The notes under the pieces are model-generated. The model ran no database searches and had not been told where the DNA came from. It saw only the letters and a list, made by a program, of their open reading frames with translations. A stretch of DNA of 64,000 bases from Anthoceros angustus (Eukaryota > Plantae > Anthocerotophyta), in NCBI GenBank assembly GCA_010909165.1, contig VJWM01000182.1, positions 394,030 to 458,029 on the forward strand, read 5' to 3'. Below are positions 12,630-26,139 of the stretch, in pieces. A program made the position numbers and the translations under genes. Position 1 is the first letter of the stretch. The number at the start of each line of letters is the position of its first letter.

Positions 12630-15600
12630 CTACTGTTGTAGCAACAGTCGAGCTTTTTCTTCAACATTCTCCACAGTGAAGCCGTACTTTTTGAAGACAT
12701 CCAGATAAGCACCGCTTGCCCCAAATGTCCTCACCCCCAGCACATGTCCCTGAGGTCCTACGTACTCGCGCCAGCCGATGGGTGAGCCCGCCTCAACTGC
12801 CAGCCTTCTGTGCACCTTGGGAGGTAGGATTGATTCCTTGTACTCCTGCCCTTGCTCGTCAAATAGCTCCCACGAAACCAGTGACACTACTCTTACTTTA
12901 GTACCTTCCTTGCGCAGGTTCTCTGCTGCCCCTTCGCAGAGGCACAGTTCGGAGCCAGTACCTATGAGAATAATGTCAGGCGCCTGGCTGTTAGAGTTGT
13001 CGCTGACGATGTACCCACCTTTCTCCACTCCTTCCACTGAAGAGCCTGCCACATTCGCTAGCACCTTCTGCCTGGAGAGGGATATTACTGTGGGGCCATG
13101 GTGGCGTGCTATGGCCACCTTGTACGCCCCTGCTGTCTCGTTACCATCTGCAGGCCGTAGGACAACCATGTTTGGGATAGCTCTCAGTCCCACCAATTGC
13201 TCCACTGGTTGATGAGTTGGTCCATCTTCTCCCAACCCGATGGAGTCATGGGTGAGGATGTACAGCACCTGAGCTTCGCTCAGCGAAGATAACCTGATGG
13301 CATTCTTCATGTAGTCAGAGAAGACGAGGAAAGTGGCTGCAACGGGGATGAGGCCAGAGCTGTGGAGAGCAAGGCCGTTGGAAATCCCTGCCATGGCATG
13401 CTCCCTAACTCCGTAGTGAATGTTCCTGCCCCAAGGGCTTGTCGGTGAGAAGTCATCCATATCTTCGAAGTACACTTTGTTGGAGCTTGCAAGGTCTGCA
13501 CTTCCCCCGATCAATCCCGGAATGACTTTTGCCAAGGCGTTCAAGCATTTGTCCGAATAGCTGCGGGTGGCATCCACTGGTTCATCCCCCGACCAGTGCT
13601 GCAGACAAGAAAGAGAAGTCAGGACTTTTGTGAAGTGTCCAGATCAGCCATGATCCATGAATGCGAGAAGCGAAGATATCTTAAACTCGAGAGCTGAGAG
13701 TTCTTACCGGCAGAACACGTGCCCAATCCGAGGGCAGCTTGCGATCAAGTAGGAGTCGAAATTCTCCTCCTTCCGCCGGATAATGAGTTTCGTATCTTTC
13801 GACTGTTTCCTTCCATATCTCCTCAAGATGTGCACCACGCCGCCCATTTTCCCTGAACCTCCTGTTAAAATTGACACAGAAGGAACCTTAGATGCGCTGT
13901 ACGTTGAGTCCTGAAAATATCTAATCGATCCTGAGTGCACAACAGCTTTGGAAAGAGATCAGAGGCGGGGCTTACTCATAAACCATGGGCAAGACAAAAA
14001 ACGGCTCTCGCTCTGCAGGCCACCGAAGTTTCTGCTTCATCCTCGTCACGTCTTCTTCATCAAATGTACCATGGTGAGCTTTTGCAGTGCCTTCCTTCTT
14101 AGACAATCTGCCAATGCTGGATTTTACCTGCAAGTTGAATAAGCAACGGCACTAAGACCAAGAACACCAACACTGGGGTAGAACAGGTAGCGCTTATTCC
14201 TGAGAGCTGGAGCTTAAGGTCATTCAAAGCCAAGCAGATTCCCCCAACCTGGATAAAAGTGGGCTTGTCTGTCTCCGCTACAGCTTCATCTAAAACTGCT
14301 CGTCGAAAACTTGAAAGATCCTCATAAATATTGTCGATGGTAATGGTGTGCCAACCAAGAGCACGGAATCGACCAGCAACATCTTCGTCGAAGGCAAGAT
14401 TTGTGTCGCCATCAATAGTGTTATGGTTGTCATCGTAGATGACCGTTAACTTGTGCAGCTTCAAATGTCCTGCCAAAGAAGCTGCCTCGTTTGCGATACC
14501 TTCCATGGCACAACCATCTCCCATTATACAATACCTAGATAAGCGCCAGACATCCCAGAACGCTCAGTTTTGACATCTCTAGCAGCAATGATCAGTCGGC
14601 TGAGCAAATGGGACATCTCAAGAAATAAGGACATTCCGTACGTTCGATGGTCTACCAAAGTGGCGTCAGGCTTGTTGAATCGAGCAGCAAGATGCCGCTC
14701 TGCAATGGCCAATCCAACTGCATTTGCCACACCCTGTCCCAAAGGACCTGCTTGGTGCCAAACGTATCACACAGTCTGTGAGTTGGAAGGTCCTTAAAAT
14801 GCGTCACAACAAGGAACACAATGTGCACTATTTGCAACCTCCAGAGACTTAGCCAGTATCCTGCACAGTTACAATACCGACCTGTTGTAACTTCAATTCC
14901 AGGAGTGGTCACGTTTTCCGGGTGTCCAGGGGTTCTTCCATCCAACTTGCATAGCCGCTTAAGGTCCTCCACCTGCATATTTTGGTACATCACATCCGCA
15001 AGACAGAATCTGATCAGTGACAACTGCCTTCACGAATAGATTTACGCTCTGGACAATGAACGTTGAGTGCAAATCTGTATGGAAATGTTGACGAGTGAAA
15101 GCGCGCGCACCTGCAGATCGTAGCCGGCAAGATGAAGGCAAATGTACTGCAGCAGGCAGCCGTGACCCGCGCTGAGCACAAACCTATCTCGATTAAACCA
15201 ACGCGGATTATCGGGATTGTACTTCATCACATCTTTCCACAAGACGTATCCAACCTCTGCGAGGCCCATGGGAAGACCCGGGTGGCCAGACTTTGCATTG
15301 TTCACGGAATCAACGACAAGCATCCGGATGTTGTCAGCACAACGCTTATCAATTTGTGCCTGAAGGACGTCCTCGCTTTCACGTTCCACTTTCTTGGTGT
15401 CCAGACTGGAAGCTAAAGCAATCTCATTCTTCCAGGCCTCCAACGTCTCCCCCTCCTCCAAGTCTCTTCCATTGACAACGTTCTGCGGCCCGGATCCGGA
15501 AGCGCTTCCCTCAACCTTCTTGTTGTAATCAACTTCCGGCAAAGTCACGTTCCCATTCGCCCCGCTGTCAGGCTTCTTCACGGCATCGGACGTGACTGCC

Positions 15601-15863
15601 TCTGATTCTCGATAATCAGCTCGCGCAGCTCCTGCCGGAGATCCCATTCCCTCGCCCCTCGCCCTAGGCCTGCCTCCGCGTAGCAGCCGGATCGCGCCGG
15701 TCGGCCTGAAGCTGGTTGAGAGCTTGCTGAAAGGAGGACGCTGCAGATGCGTTGCAGCTTGGCTTGGATCACAGAGTCTCACAGTCTGAGCACAGTTGTG
15801 GTGCAAAACGCTGGTCGGGGAAATCAGAGGACGTGTAAGACCTGCTCTGGACTCTAGCAGCAT
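12630..15863 (-). CDS. Transketolase, probably plastid-targeted, 7 exons
   Basis: [27 protein letters not shown], ThDP motif GDGCAMEG...DDN, GVREHAM and [18 protein letters not shown]. Exons join in frame at GT-AG sites. Confidence 0.96.
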
Positions 15864-16416
15864 GGTGTTCTCAGCTGACTGAAGATGAATGCCAGACCTG
15901 CCGCTTGCTGCCAGTTTTCAGCTTCTAATCGAGCTCTTAAGAGCCTCTTCGCATACATTCTTGTGAGCTTGCTCTTGATGCACATTGGTGTGTGAAATGC
16001 CTGGCAGAGATGGTGGCAGCCATGCAACGCGTTGCTGGCCAAGTGGCATGAGCTGTCCTCTGCCAAATGTCGCCGGTGAGCGTAAGCGCGCTACCGCCGT
16101 GTCACCCGAGCTTGTGGAAGTTGGAACACGATGCGCATCACCTTCCGACCGTCCTCTCCGACGGAACGGCGGGCACACGGCAACAAACAAAACGGATCGG
16201 GACTAAGAACGGGCGTTACAAATAACGTAGGAAACGCGTATAAATTATTACATATAGTATACTAGTTACAAAACCCTGGTTGCTGCGAGGGTGGGAAGTC
16301 GGAACTATGAGAGGCCTTCGAATCGTGCGAAAGGGTTGTTGGGTTGCAGCAGTGGGTTCCATGGCTGAGCTGTGAAGGGGCTTGGATCTTCCTCACATCA
16401 GAGGGTGAATAGAATC

Positions 16417-18899
16417 ATGCAACTGCGGGAGCTGCTCATCATCCTGCAGCTATACGTCCCAATAGTCATCTGCATGGTCGGCCCCACTCGGGTGTGTTCG
16501 CGAGGAGCACTTTTTCAGCATGGCAGTTGTGTGATGGATCTGGATTTCGTACTTGACAGATGGGACAGCTTGGATCTTGTGGGTGTAATTCGATTGTTTT
16601 GCCTGCTTTCGGAAAATGCAACGCAGGCAGAGATTAATGTGAGGCTCATGGAGAGCTCCTTGAATGACCTGTATCGTACAAGGTGTGTGCTTCTGCCGGA
16701 TTTTTGTGTCTCAGCATGTCAAAGACTGTTAGCTTGGGACGTGTTTTCAGATTCTCTGACTACTCCGCTGGCAGTGATGTGCTCTTGACAGAGATCCAAG
16801 CACTGGTGTCTCGGCATCCTCTTGTTCTGAGTGTAAGAGGTTTCTTTCGCTGATCCGCTGGGAGCTGGATTGAAGCTGCCCATGATCATCACAATGTTCC
16901 CATAGACGTCTGTTTGATTGCAGGTGGAGGACCTTCAGGCTGCAGCAAATGGTTACCGTGCTGAGATAAGAGTTGTGACTGTTGAATTTGGTGGCAGGAA
17001 TGCCAGCTCTGCAGAGAAATTGCGCCTTCTTCTGGTGTGTACTTTTTATCGTGAGCTTTTTGGAAGAATCTGTTCCGTTCATCACAGCGTTGACAAGGGA
17101 TGGTGTTGATGTGGGCGAGCACAGGATTTTGGACAGCATGGGCGGGAACTCGTCACCTCTGAAGTTGCTATGCGACTCATGAGAATCCTTGTGGGTGAAC
17201 ACAACTCCCTCTTTATGGAGAACCCAAGGTTACATCGTATTCTGTCCAACTCGGTCATCAAGGTGGACCAAGATCCATTCCGTTTCTCTGTAATGGATCT
17301 GGAAAGTTCTGTCTTTAGTGAAGCACAACAGCAATGGTGTCATCGTTTACATTCTTCTCCTTTGTGTAGCAGGTTAGCTCTGCATTGCAGATCTCTTTGA
17401 TAATGGATCAGTTACAGGGTTTTCCAGATTGTGGCCATGGAGAATGTCGGTGGTCGGAAGAAAGTTGAAGCAGGAGACTTCTGCGAAAGGAAAAATGGTT
17501 CGTGAATGTGGTAAAGTTCCATTTAGTTGCTTGTTCTGCGTTTTTGTCCAAGAAGATTAAAGAATACTTCGTTTACGAATCACATCCAACTTTTGATACC
17601 AGGCAGGGGTGTTGATACAAACCGAAATTGGGGACTCGACTGGGGCAAGAAAGAGAAGGTACGTGCTCAGCACTGGAGGACAATGCAATAGGAAACTGCT
17701 TCAGTTCCGATGATCCTGAATATTTTGTTGTGGGACGACTGAAGGATTACGATCCAGCAGAGGAGTACCCTGGGACTGCACCCTTTAGTGAGCCAGAAAC
17801 TAGGATCTTGAGAGGGCTTGCTGAGAATTTTAAACCTCACCTTTGGGTTAATGTCCATTCTGGAATGGAGGTAAACAGAGTCTAACCTTGTCCAGATTTG
17901 GTTGCTAAAGGCTTAGCACAAAACAGGTTGTACAAAGTGATGAATATCATTTGGTTCTTCTTTCTACTGCAGGCTTTGTTTATGCCATATGACCACAAGA
18001 ACACAATGCCGGATGATGGCTCAGCAGAACACATGATGCTGCTGCTCCAGGCAATCAATCGATTGCACTGCAACAGCAGCTGCATTGTGGGCTCAGGTGG
18101 CGGGGCAGTAGGGTAAGTCCCTCCATCACCAGGCATGAGGATGGCCCTATCGTTTGCTCCTTTGTTGCGCGTGGAGAGGTTGACTTCGCCATGCATGTCC
18201 TTGTACGATCCCAGCTATTTGGCGCATGGAACTGCGACTGACTTCATGTTTGACGGGTTGAGGGTGCCCCTGGCTTTCACATTCGAGGTGAGCATTTGAT
18301 TTGTCCACTCTTCCAGTTTGTTTAGACAAAGGATGTGTCACAACTCTTCTCTGCCCATGCTGCAGATCTATGGAGACTCTAAAGCATCCAACGAGGAGTG
18401 TTTCCGTATGTTCAACCCAGTTTCAATGAGTCATTTTGAGGTTTGTGGAAGGGGTGGCCCTCTTCGTACTGTTTTGGATTATGCTCCACGTTTGTGCATC
18501 GTGTGACCTCAGCTGTGTTGTACTTCGCAGGAAGTGGTTTCGAACTGGTCGGAGGCTTTCATCACTCTCATCTTGAACTTGCCCACCGCTCTTAGGAGCA
18601 TGCCCGGAAGGGTCTGGGCGCAAGCCAGGCAAAGTGACTGGTCCAACTCGGAGGCCATTAAGTTGGGAACACAAGGGAGAGATGGTAGGCCTTTGCGAAT
18701 TTGGCCTGGAATGGATGCAGGCATTGGTCAGACTTTTCACAGGCGGAACGAAGCTGAACTAGCAATGCACCAGTTTCTCATCCTTCTGGTCATTCTGTGG
18801 GGCCTCGCTTTGGGTGTTGTTGTGTACCTTTTGTGCAAGCATGGCTACAGGTGGCGAAAGTCCCTACAGTGGCGCCCAGTCCGGAGACCTGCAGTCTGA
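16417..18899 (+). CDS. Zinc carboxypeptidase (M14 family) with C-terminal membrane anchor, multi-exon
   Basis: GQHGRE (HxxE), RKNGRGVDTNRNW, PGTAPFSEPET, VNVHSG, ALFMPY, YLAHGTATD, FTFEIYG. Hydrophobic N-terminus and C-terminal FLILLVILWGLALGVVVYLL. First exon(s) less certain. Confidence 0.88.
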
Positions 18900-19744
18900 T
18901 CTCAAGGCCAGTTGTTGTTCTGAGGAGAACCTGCACTAATGACAACTTGAGGATAGCACCAACTCACAGACGGCAGGTGATGCCACCTGGGTTTTGAGCC
19001 TGAGAGCTGCCAGGTGAGAGCTGCCACACCATGCTGAGTGTGAAGGGGTTGGGCTCACATCAACGCACATGCTCCCGTACCTATGGCGACTGTTCTGTCC
19101 GGACCCTCACGGACTCTGGTAGGAAAAGCAACAAATCTGGGTAGAAGAAGAAGAAGAAGAAGAAGTGGATTGTATTATAGTCCACTTGGACGAAATTTTC
19201 CTGTCATGGGACTTGATACTTAACAACTTGTACCATGGTGTGCGGAAGCTACTTGCACCAAGGGCATCCACTGCAAGGGTACTGGCCGGTTAATGACAGG
19301 TGAAATTTCCAGATCTGTGGTTCGGTATATTCCTAGTGAACGCTGTGCGGAAGATAGTTTTCTCTTCATGCTATCTTCTTCTTTTTTCACACTGAACTCG
19401 TGGATTTATTTAGAGTAGGCCCGTAGGGCTTTTACAAGAGGCAGCCTGCTGTCCCAGCAGTGATCCCACCTATGATGCTTGACCCGGGAATTGCAATGGA
19501 TCCAATCAGATTGACAACATTAAATGACTTTTACAATCTTTGATAAAGGCCTTGGCGAAAAAACCAATTCGCACACATGCCACTTGGGGATGCCCACCAA
19601 TTCACATACGCACTGCTTGGACAGCCAGCCCCTTTAAACCAGTTCCGATTCCGTCATCAGTTTTCACAGTAATATCGTTTCCTCAACTCTGAACACCCAG
19701 GAAACCCAAAGAAGATTTGTGTCCGCTGCTCCTTCAACTTCTAC

Positions 19745-19998
19745 GTCTCAACGAGTCCTGGGCAGACTCAACAAATCCTGGGCCGACTCAAGTCTCAACA
19801 AGTCCTGGGCAGATTCAATTTCTCAAGTCTCAACAAATCCTGGGCCGACTCCGGTCTCAACAAGTCCTGGGCAGACTCAATTTCTCAAGTCTCAACAAGT
19901 CCTGGGCGGACTCCGGTCTCAACAAGTCCTGGGCAGACTCAATGTCTCAAGTCCCAACAAGTCCCGGGCGGACTCAGGTCCCGAAGAGTCTTGGGCAG
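19745..19998. repeat. Minisatellite with alternating 35 and 27 bp units (62 bp higher-order repeat)
   Basis: Core GTCTCAACAAGTCCTGGGC(A/C/G)GACTC repeated about 9 times, alternately followed by AATTTCTCAA or CG. Confidence 0.9.
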
Positions 19999-20052
19999 TG
20001 TTCTATTTCAGTGAAATAAAACTTGGACGATAGCCATATCATCGTTACATTA

Positions 20053-20126
20053 TGCACTGGCCGGGAATCGAACCCTTGCCCACTTCCTCACATAAATGTT
20101 CCACCACGAGACTGCACCATCAGTGC
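20053..20126 (-). ncRNA. tRNA-like element or degenerate tRNA (Gly-like acceptor and T arm)
   Basis: 74 nt GCACTGA...GGGTTCGATTCCCGGCCAGTGCA. Acceptor stem 6/7 bp, intact T loop/B box, but only 3 bp of T stem, aberrant D arm and anticodon loop, and no oligo-T terminator. Confidence 0.6.
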
Positions 20127-20231
20127 TATCCTGCGCAGATTGAAGTCGCCAACTATGGTATGACCTCCAACTAGGCATTCGATAACTCGAATCGTGGCAC
20201 TGCGAGCTTGCCGCGTCTCTTAGTAACCAGT

Positions 20232-20367
20232 GGCTGTGCCATTGCACATGCATGCCAACTCAACACAAAGAAGGCATTGGTAAGACAACGGCCAACGTGA
20301 ATCGTCACTCTCTGCTCCCACTGGGATCCCCTTGCAACAAGCCATGCAAGGAGGTTTTTGTGGAGAG
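20232..20367 (-). ncRNA. Candidate H/ACA snoRNA, target not identified
   Basis: Two hairpins with internal loops. The 3' hairpin (GCCGTTG/CAATGGC; ATGCC/GGCAT) is followed by ACA+3 nt with a 14 nt pocket-to-box distance. The hinge is only AGAGAG (non-canonical H box). Confidence 0.4.
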
Positions 20368-20744
20368 AAGTTCAAAACGAAAGGTGATGATTACTAGAAG
20401 CGGAATTTGTGTGCTTCCGCCATCCGTCGTGGTAGTGAAGAGTCACTACCCAAGCAGACACAAGCTAGATACTTTTCGGAGTATCATGATAAGGACAGGA
20501 TTGAGCATCTAGATGGCACTCTCCGGTACTTAACTCTTACTCCAGAGCGGTCGCAAAGCAGCATAACAAAGAAACTGAAACTACCAAGGACACAGAAGCT
20601 GGCAACTTCTGAGAGTACCATGAGGAAAACAATTACTGGGCATCCAGATTTGTGCTCTTCAGTACTTCGACTAGCATTCCATAGGAAGGGCAACGTGCAA
20701 GACCAAAGACCACTAGCATTGCAAGAAGATAAGCGTTACTTTCC

Positions 20745-20874
20745 GACTGTTCTGCACTGTCTGAAGTCAACCCCACTTGGAACGGGTTGACTAATTCTGA
20801 TGCAGTTCTTTCTGTAGGCATACTTAGACCTCAGCTACAACAAGAAGCAAAGTAGCTGTCTGTCACAGGGTGCC
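20745..20874 (-). ncRNA. H/ACA snoRNA, copy A; predicted 18S rRNA pseudouridylation guide
   Basis: Hairpin - ACAGAA (ANANNA) - hairpin - ACA+3 nt, 130 nt. 3' pocket CAGAAUU / UCAGACA pairs around 18S UGUCUGG-UU-AAUUCCG; pocket is 14 nt from ACA. Confidence 0.75.
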
Positions 20875-21000
20875 GTACAAATACAAGACTCAAGTACTTA
20901 CTACAGACTCCGAACCCGTTGGAAAAGCACACGATGCACCATGGGAAAACACTATCAGACCAATACATCTAGACATCCACGTTGGCAAATATTACCTTTG

Positions 21001-21127
21001 CACTGTTTTGCAGTGTCTGAAGTCAACTCCACTAGAAATAGGATAACTAATTCTGCTGCAAGCTGTCTGTCGGCATTCTGTTAAAACAGGGACAATCAAA
21101 AAGTGTGCCTGCAGCTAACAGGGTGCC
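21001..21127 (-). ncRNA. H/ACA snoRNA, copy B (paralogue of copy A)
   Basis: Same pocket and ACA box. Lower stem shows compensatory change (CTGCA/TGCAG vs TTGCAG/CTGCAA). Hinge ACAGAC deviates from ANANNA at the last base. Confidence 0.68.
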
Positions 21128-21418
21128 CTAGGGTGAACCACCCGAGTAGAGGAGGACCGACATTACATGACATCATCCTTCAGTCCACAAGGCCAAACGC
21201 AACACTCTAAAGAAGATCCTTCCCCCTACAATGCGCACTGCAGGCTTGTTTAAAGAGGGTCTCAAACTGTACACAGAGAGTTCATTCCATTACACATGTA
21301 TCGTACAGGCAGCAACTCTAACAATAAACTCCTACCAGCTAAAGAATTTATATAACAAAGCCAGTATAGACAATCACCAGATATCAACTGAGGTTGCTGT
21401 CTAAATCAAATCCTTGTG

Positions 21419-22815
21419 CTATGTACGTAATGAGGTCCTTGGAACTTGAGGAAACCCAAATTCATCCGCAGCCTGTCACACAATCAAGCCCGCTGTTAGG
21501 AACAGTGTTCCATGTCAGTAAGTCCAAATGTACCACACGTTTCAAATACCGAGGTTCTTAGTCTGCAGCATTCCCAAGACCCACGTGGTCCTACAACCCA
21601 CCTGAGGGTTAGCCTGTGGAACAGGATTGTGGCCAGACGGAGCTGCTGGCAGGTTTAAATCGGAATCCGGCTCAGTTTCAGTCTCAGGTTGCAAATAGGA
21701 AGGAACGCTCTCGGGTGTCTCAATACCCATGTCCGCTTCTAACGCATCGAGCTCTGCACAAAAAGATAAGCTATTAGAAAACATGAATCCAAACGACAGA
21801 AATCCATTTCTAACGCCTCTATCCAACAAATGCGAGGCAATCTGGCCAAAAAGCTCACCGCCCATCAGCTCTTCCTCATCTAAATCGTCAGGCACACTGT
21901 AACTGCGACCTAGGGACTCTTGAATCTCTGAGCTGTAATCAACCAAATCCATCATCTCATCTTGCATTTTCTGTCACAAAAAACCACAGGTGAGATCAGG
22001 AAGCACAAAATTCAGCAGACAACCCGTGACAGGTTCCGAGAGAAAGCCAGGGCTCACATCGATATCATCAATTTTCAGCGTCTTCATTGTTCCCTTCAGC
22101 TCCTTGTTAGCAACCTTCATGGCCGCCATCTAGACACAACACACACACACACACGTCATCAGTCCCACCATTTCCATCAGCAATCAAACTGCCACTTTCA
22201 ACATTACCGACCACTCACAGTTTGCTGTGCATCTTTGATGCTTTCAGTAGCAAAGGACACTTGTTCCAGGTTAAAGGTCTGATTGTACAGCTGGTCCCTC
22301 TGCCCCTCGTACCTACAGTTCCACAAACACCCCCTTCAGTACCGCATCATCTCCAGTCGGCTCGGGCACCACTATCCAAAAAACAACCTAGTCAAACTCC
22401 TAAGAACTCCATGCCATATTCAAAACCGCACACGAATCAGAGGCAGAGAGCTACATCTTCTTCTGCTTCAAAAGCCTCATGGCACGTGCTTTGATGGCCT
22501 CTTGAGCAGGCCCAGGCCGCGTTTTCTTCAGTTGCTCCTTGTACCGCACCAGCTCTCCGTCAAGCTTCCTGATCTTCTCATCCACGGTGTCTCCTCTTTT
22601 GTTGATCTGTAGAGCCAGGGCAGCCAGCTGCATCAAGGACTCCGAAACCCTATCCACCAGTGCTCTTCACAAATCCAACCGCGGCAAGCCGTGACACTAT
22701 CTACTGCGTTCCAGGCACTCTGCAGAGCTGACGGCAGGACTATTACCCTCTCGGTCGCCTCCTCCACCGTGGGAGGCGGCACCTTGTCCTTTTTGGCACC
22801 GAACACGCGCCTCAT
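21419..22815 (-). CDS. VPS60: ESCRT-III associated Snf7-family protein VPS60/CHMP5, multi-exon
   Basis: MRRVFGAKKDK..., INKRGDTVDEKIRKLDGEL...AIKARAMRLLKQKKM, MQDEMMDLVDYSSEIQESLGRSYSVPDDLDEEELMGELDALE, C-terminus DEFGFPQVPRTSLRT*. Confidence 0.94.
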
Positions 22816-23489
22816 CGCCGCTCAACAGGCGCCTCTCGGTGTTGCACAACGTGAAGCAGAAGAATTCCGGCCAGTCACAGCACTGCTTGCAATACGATAT
22901 CAATCATGCCGCCCCGAGCTTCCACGTGAAGAGGAAGAAGAACACCAATCCTTTCAAAGTCCGTAAAGGCCGAGTCGTAAGCTCCAGGCTATTATCCTCC
23001 TATCCGAAGGAAGCAGGCCTCCCACGCACGACGCCTGTGCTGCCAGACCCGTCCCCCAACACTCTTTCCGGGGCATAGCATTCAATGAACAACGAACGTA
23101 CTACCATTGGTTCGCAGGGTTTCCTTCAATCAACACTAGGAATGGGAAACAACGTCGTCACCTCGTCGGTATCCCATTTTAGGGTGTCGCACATTAGGTA
23201 CCATACTTATGTAAACCTCGGATCGTTTAACACTGGTCCTTACAGGTTTCCAGGTTTCACCTGCTCTTTACAGGTCTACAGAATACGACATATCGATTCC
23301 ACAGTACATTCTCACCTCGCGGGAACTCCAAAAGGCTGGAAACTGCTCAGGGCCTGATATTTTCGATTCGGTATCTCACAGCTGGGATCTTTCCCGACAG
23401 GTTGACTGACTAGTTCAAAGAGTTGAGAGAAACAGAGAGATGATACAACAGATCGGCGACAACAGGAAGATTCGAAAATTTGGCAACAC

Positions 23490-23590
23490 AAAGGATGATT
23501 AAATTATTGGCAGCAAAAGGATGATTCACTAGTTTAGCGACAAAAAGGATGATTTGATTATTGGCAGAAAAAGATGATTAAATAGTTGGG
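23490..23590. repeat. Short degenerate tandem repeat (~28-29 bp, core AAAGGATGATT x4) downstream of SAHH
   Basis: Seen directly at ~23490, 23516, 23545, 23570. Confidence 0.6.
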
Positions 23591-23757
23591 CAACAGAAGC
23601 TTGACTTAGAAAAGAGAGAATGTCTAGCTGACACGATTCACGCAACATCTCAGATGCGAGAGAGATGTCACCGTTGTCCTTGTTAGGCCTACAATTGACC
23701 TGCAAGTCCTACACAAAAAGCAACCCGAGGACTGATCCTAACACTCTCGCAGACCAT

Positions 23758-25397
<1,640 letters not shown>

Positions 25398-26139
25398 GGC
25401 GTCCGCTGCGTGGAAGAAACCTGAGACGGCGAGGCGGGAGGGAGAGGCCGGGCAGACGAGCGAACTCTACAGAAGCGAGCGACTGATGAAACTCTCCCGC
25501 TCCAGCCTGCCTTTTTAACGCGCCACTCTCTTTCCCGGCTGGCCTCGGCTGGCTTTCCTGCCTGGCTGTGAGGAGAGATGTCGACGTGCTAGGGCTTGGG
25601 AGTGGTTGCCCCAGACCTAAAACATCCAACCACCATTCTTTTACCTTTCCGTGATACATTTGTCGGCAGCAGCTGACGTGACCAGCTTCCCTCCACCACT
25701 GCACTCACTCCGGTCTGCAGTGCCTGCCTATTCTTGAAGTGGGTAATCCTGACTTGAGATTTTAATCCTCCACCTACATAACTAGGTGCTCATTTTTTTA
25801 GTTTTGGGTACATACCTCAACCCATAGTTTTGAATCCTCAAGTACACTAAGCTGGATCTCTTCATCCTTTCCTTTGGAGATGAGTGAGCTACTTTGGAGG
25901 GTGAGTGAGGTACTTTGATGAAATGAGTGAAGATTTTGGGTAGATTTTAGCAACATTTATATAGAAGCTTTATCACTCTCGTGTACCCCTATGAAGCATA
26001 GCTACTTTTTTCTACTTAGTTGTCTCTTGCCGGCAAAGTGTGTTTCCAACTCTTCAAAGAAGGAGGACTGTATTTAAGAGAGGAGAGATGGGGTGAGCCC
26101 ATCTACCAGAAGGACATCACAGGAGACCCTAAGGGTCCT

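Noticed and set aside
19745-19998. CRISPR-like regular ~25-35 bp repeats
   Set aside because: No unique spacers, no cas genes, eukaryotic context; it is a minisatellite, and the repetitive ORFs over it are by-products.
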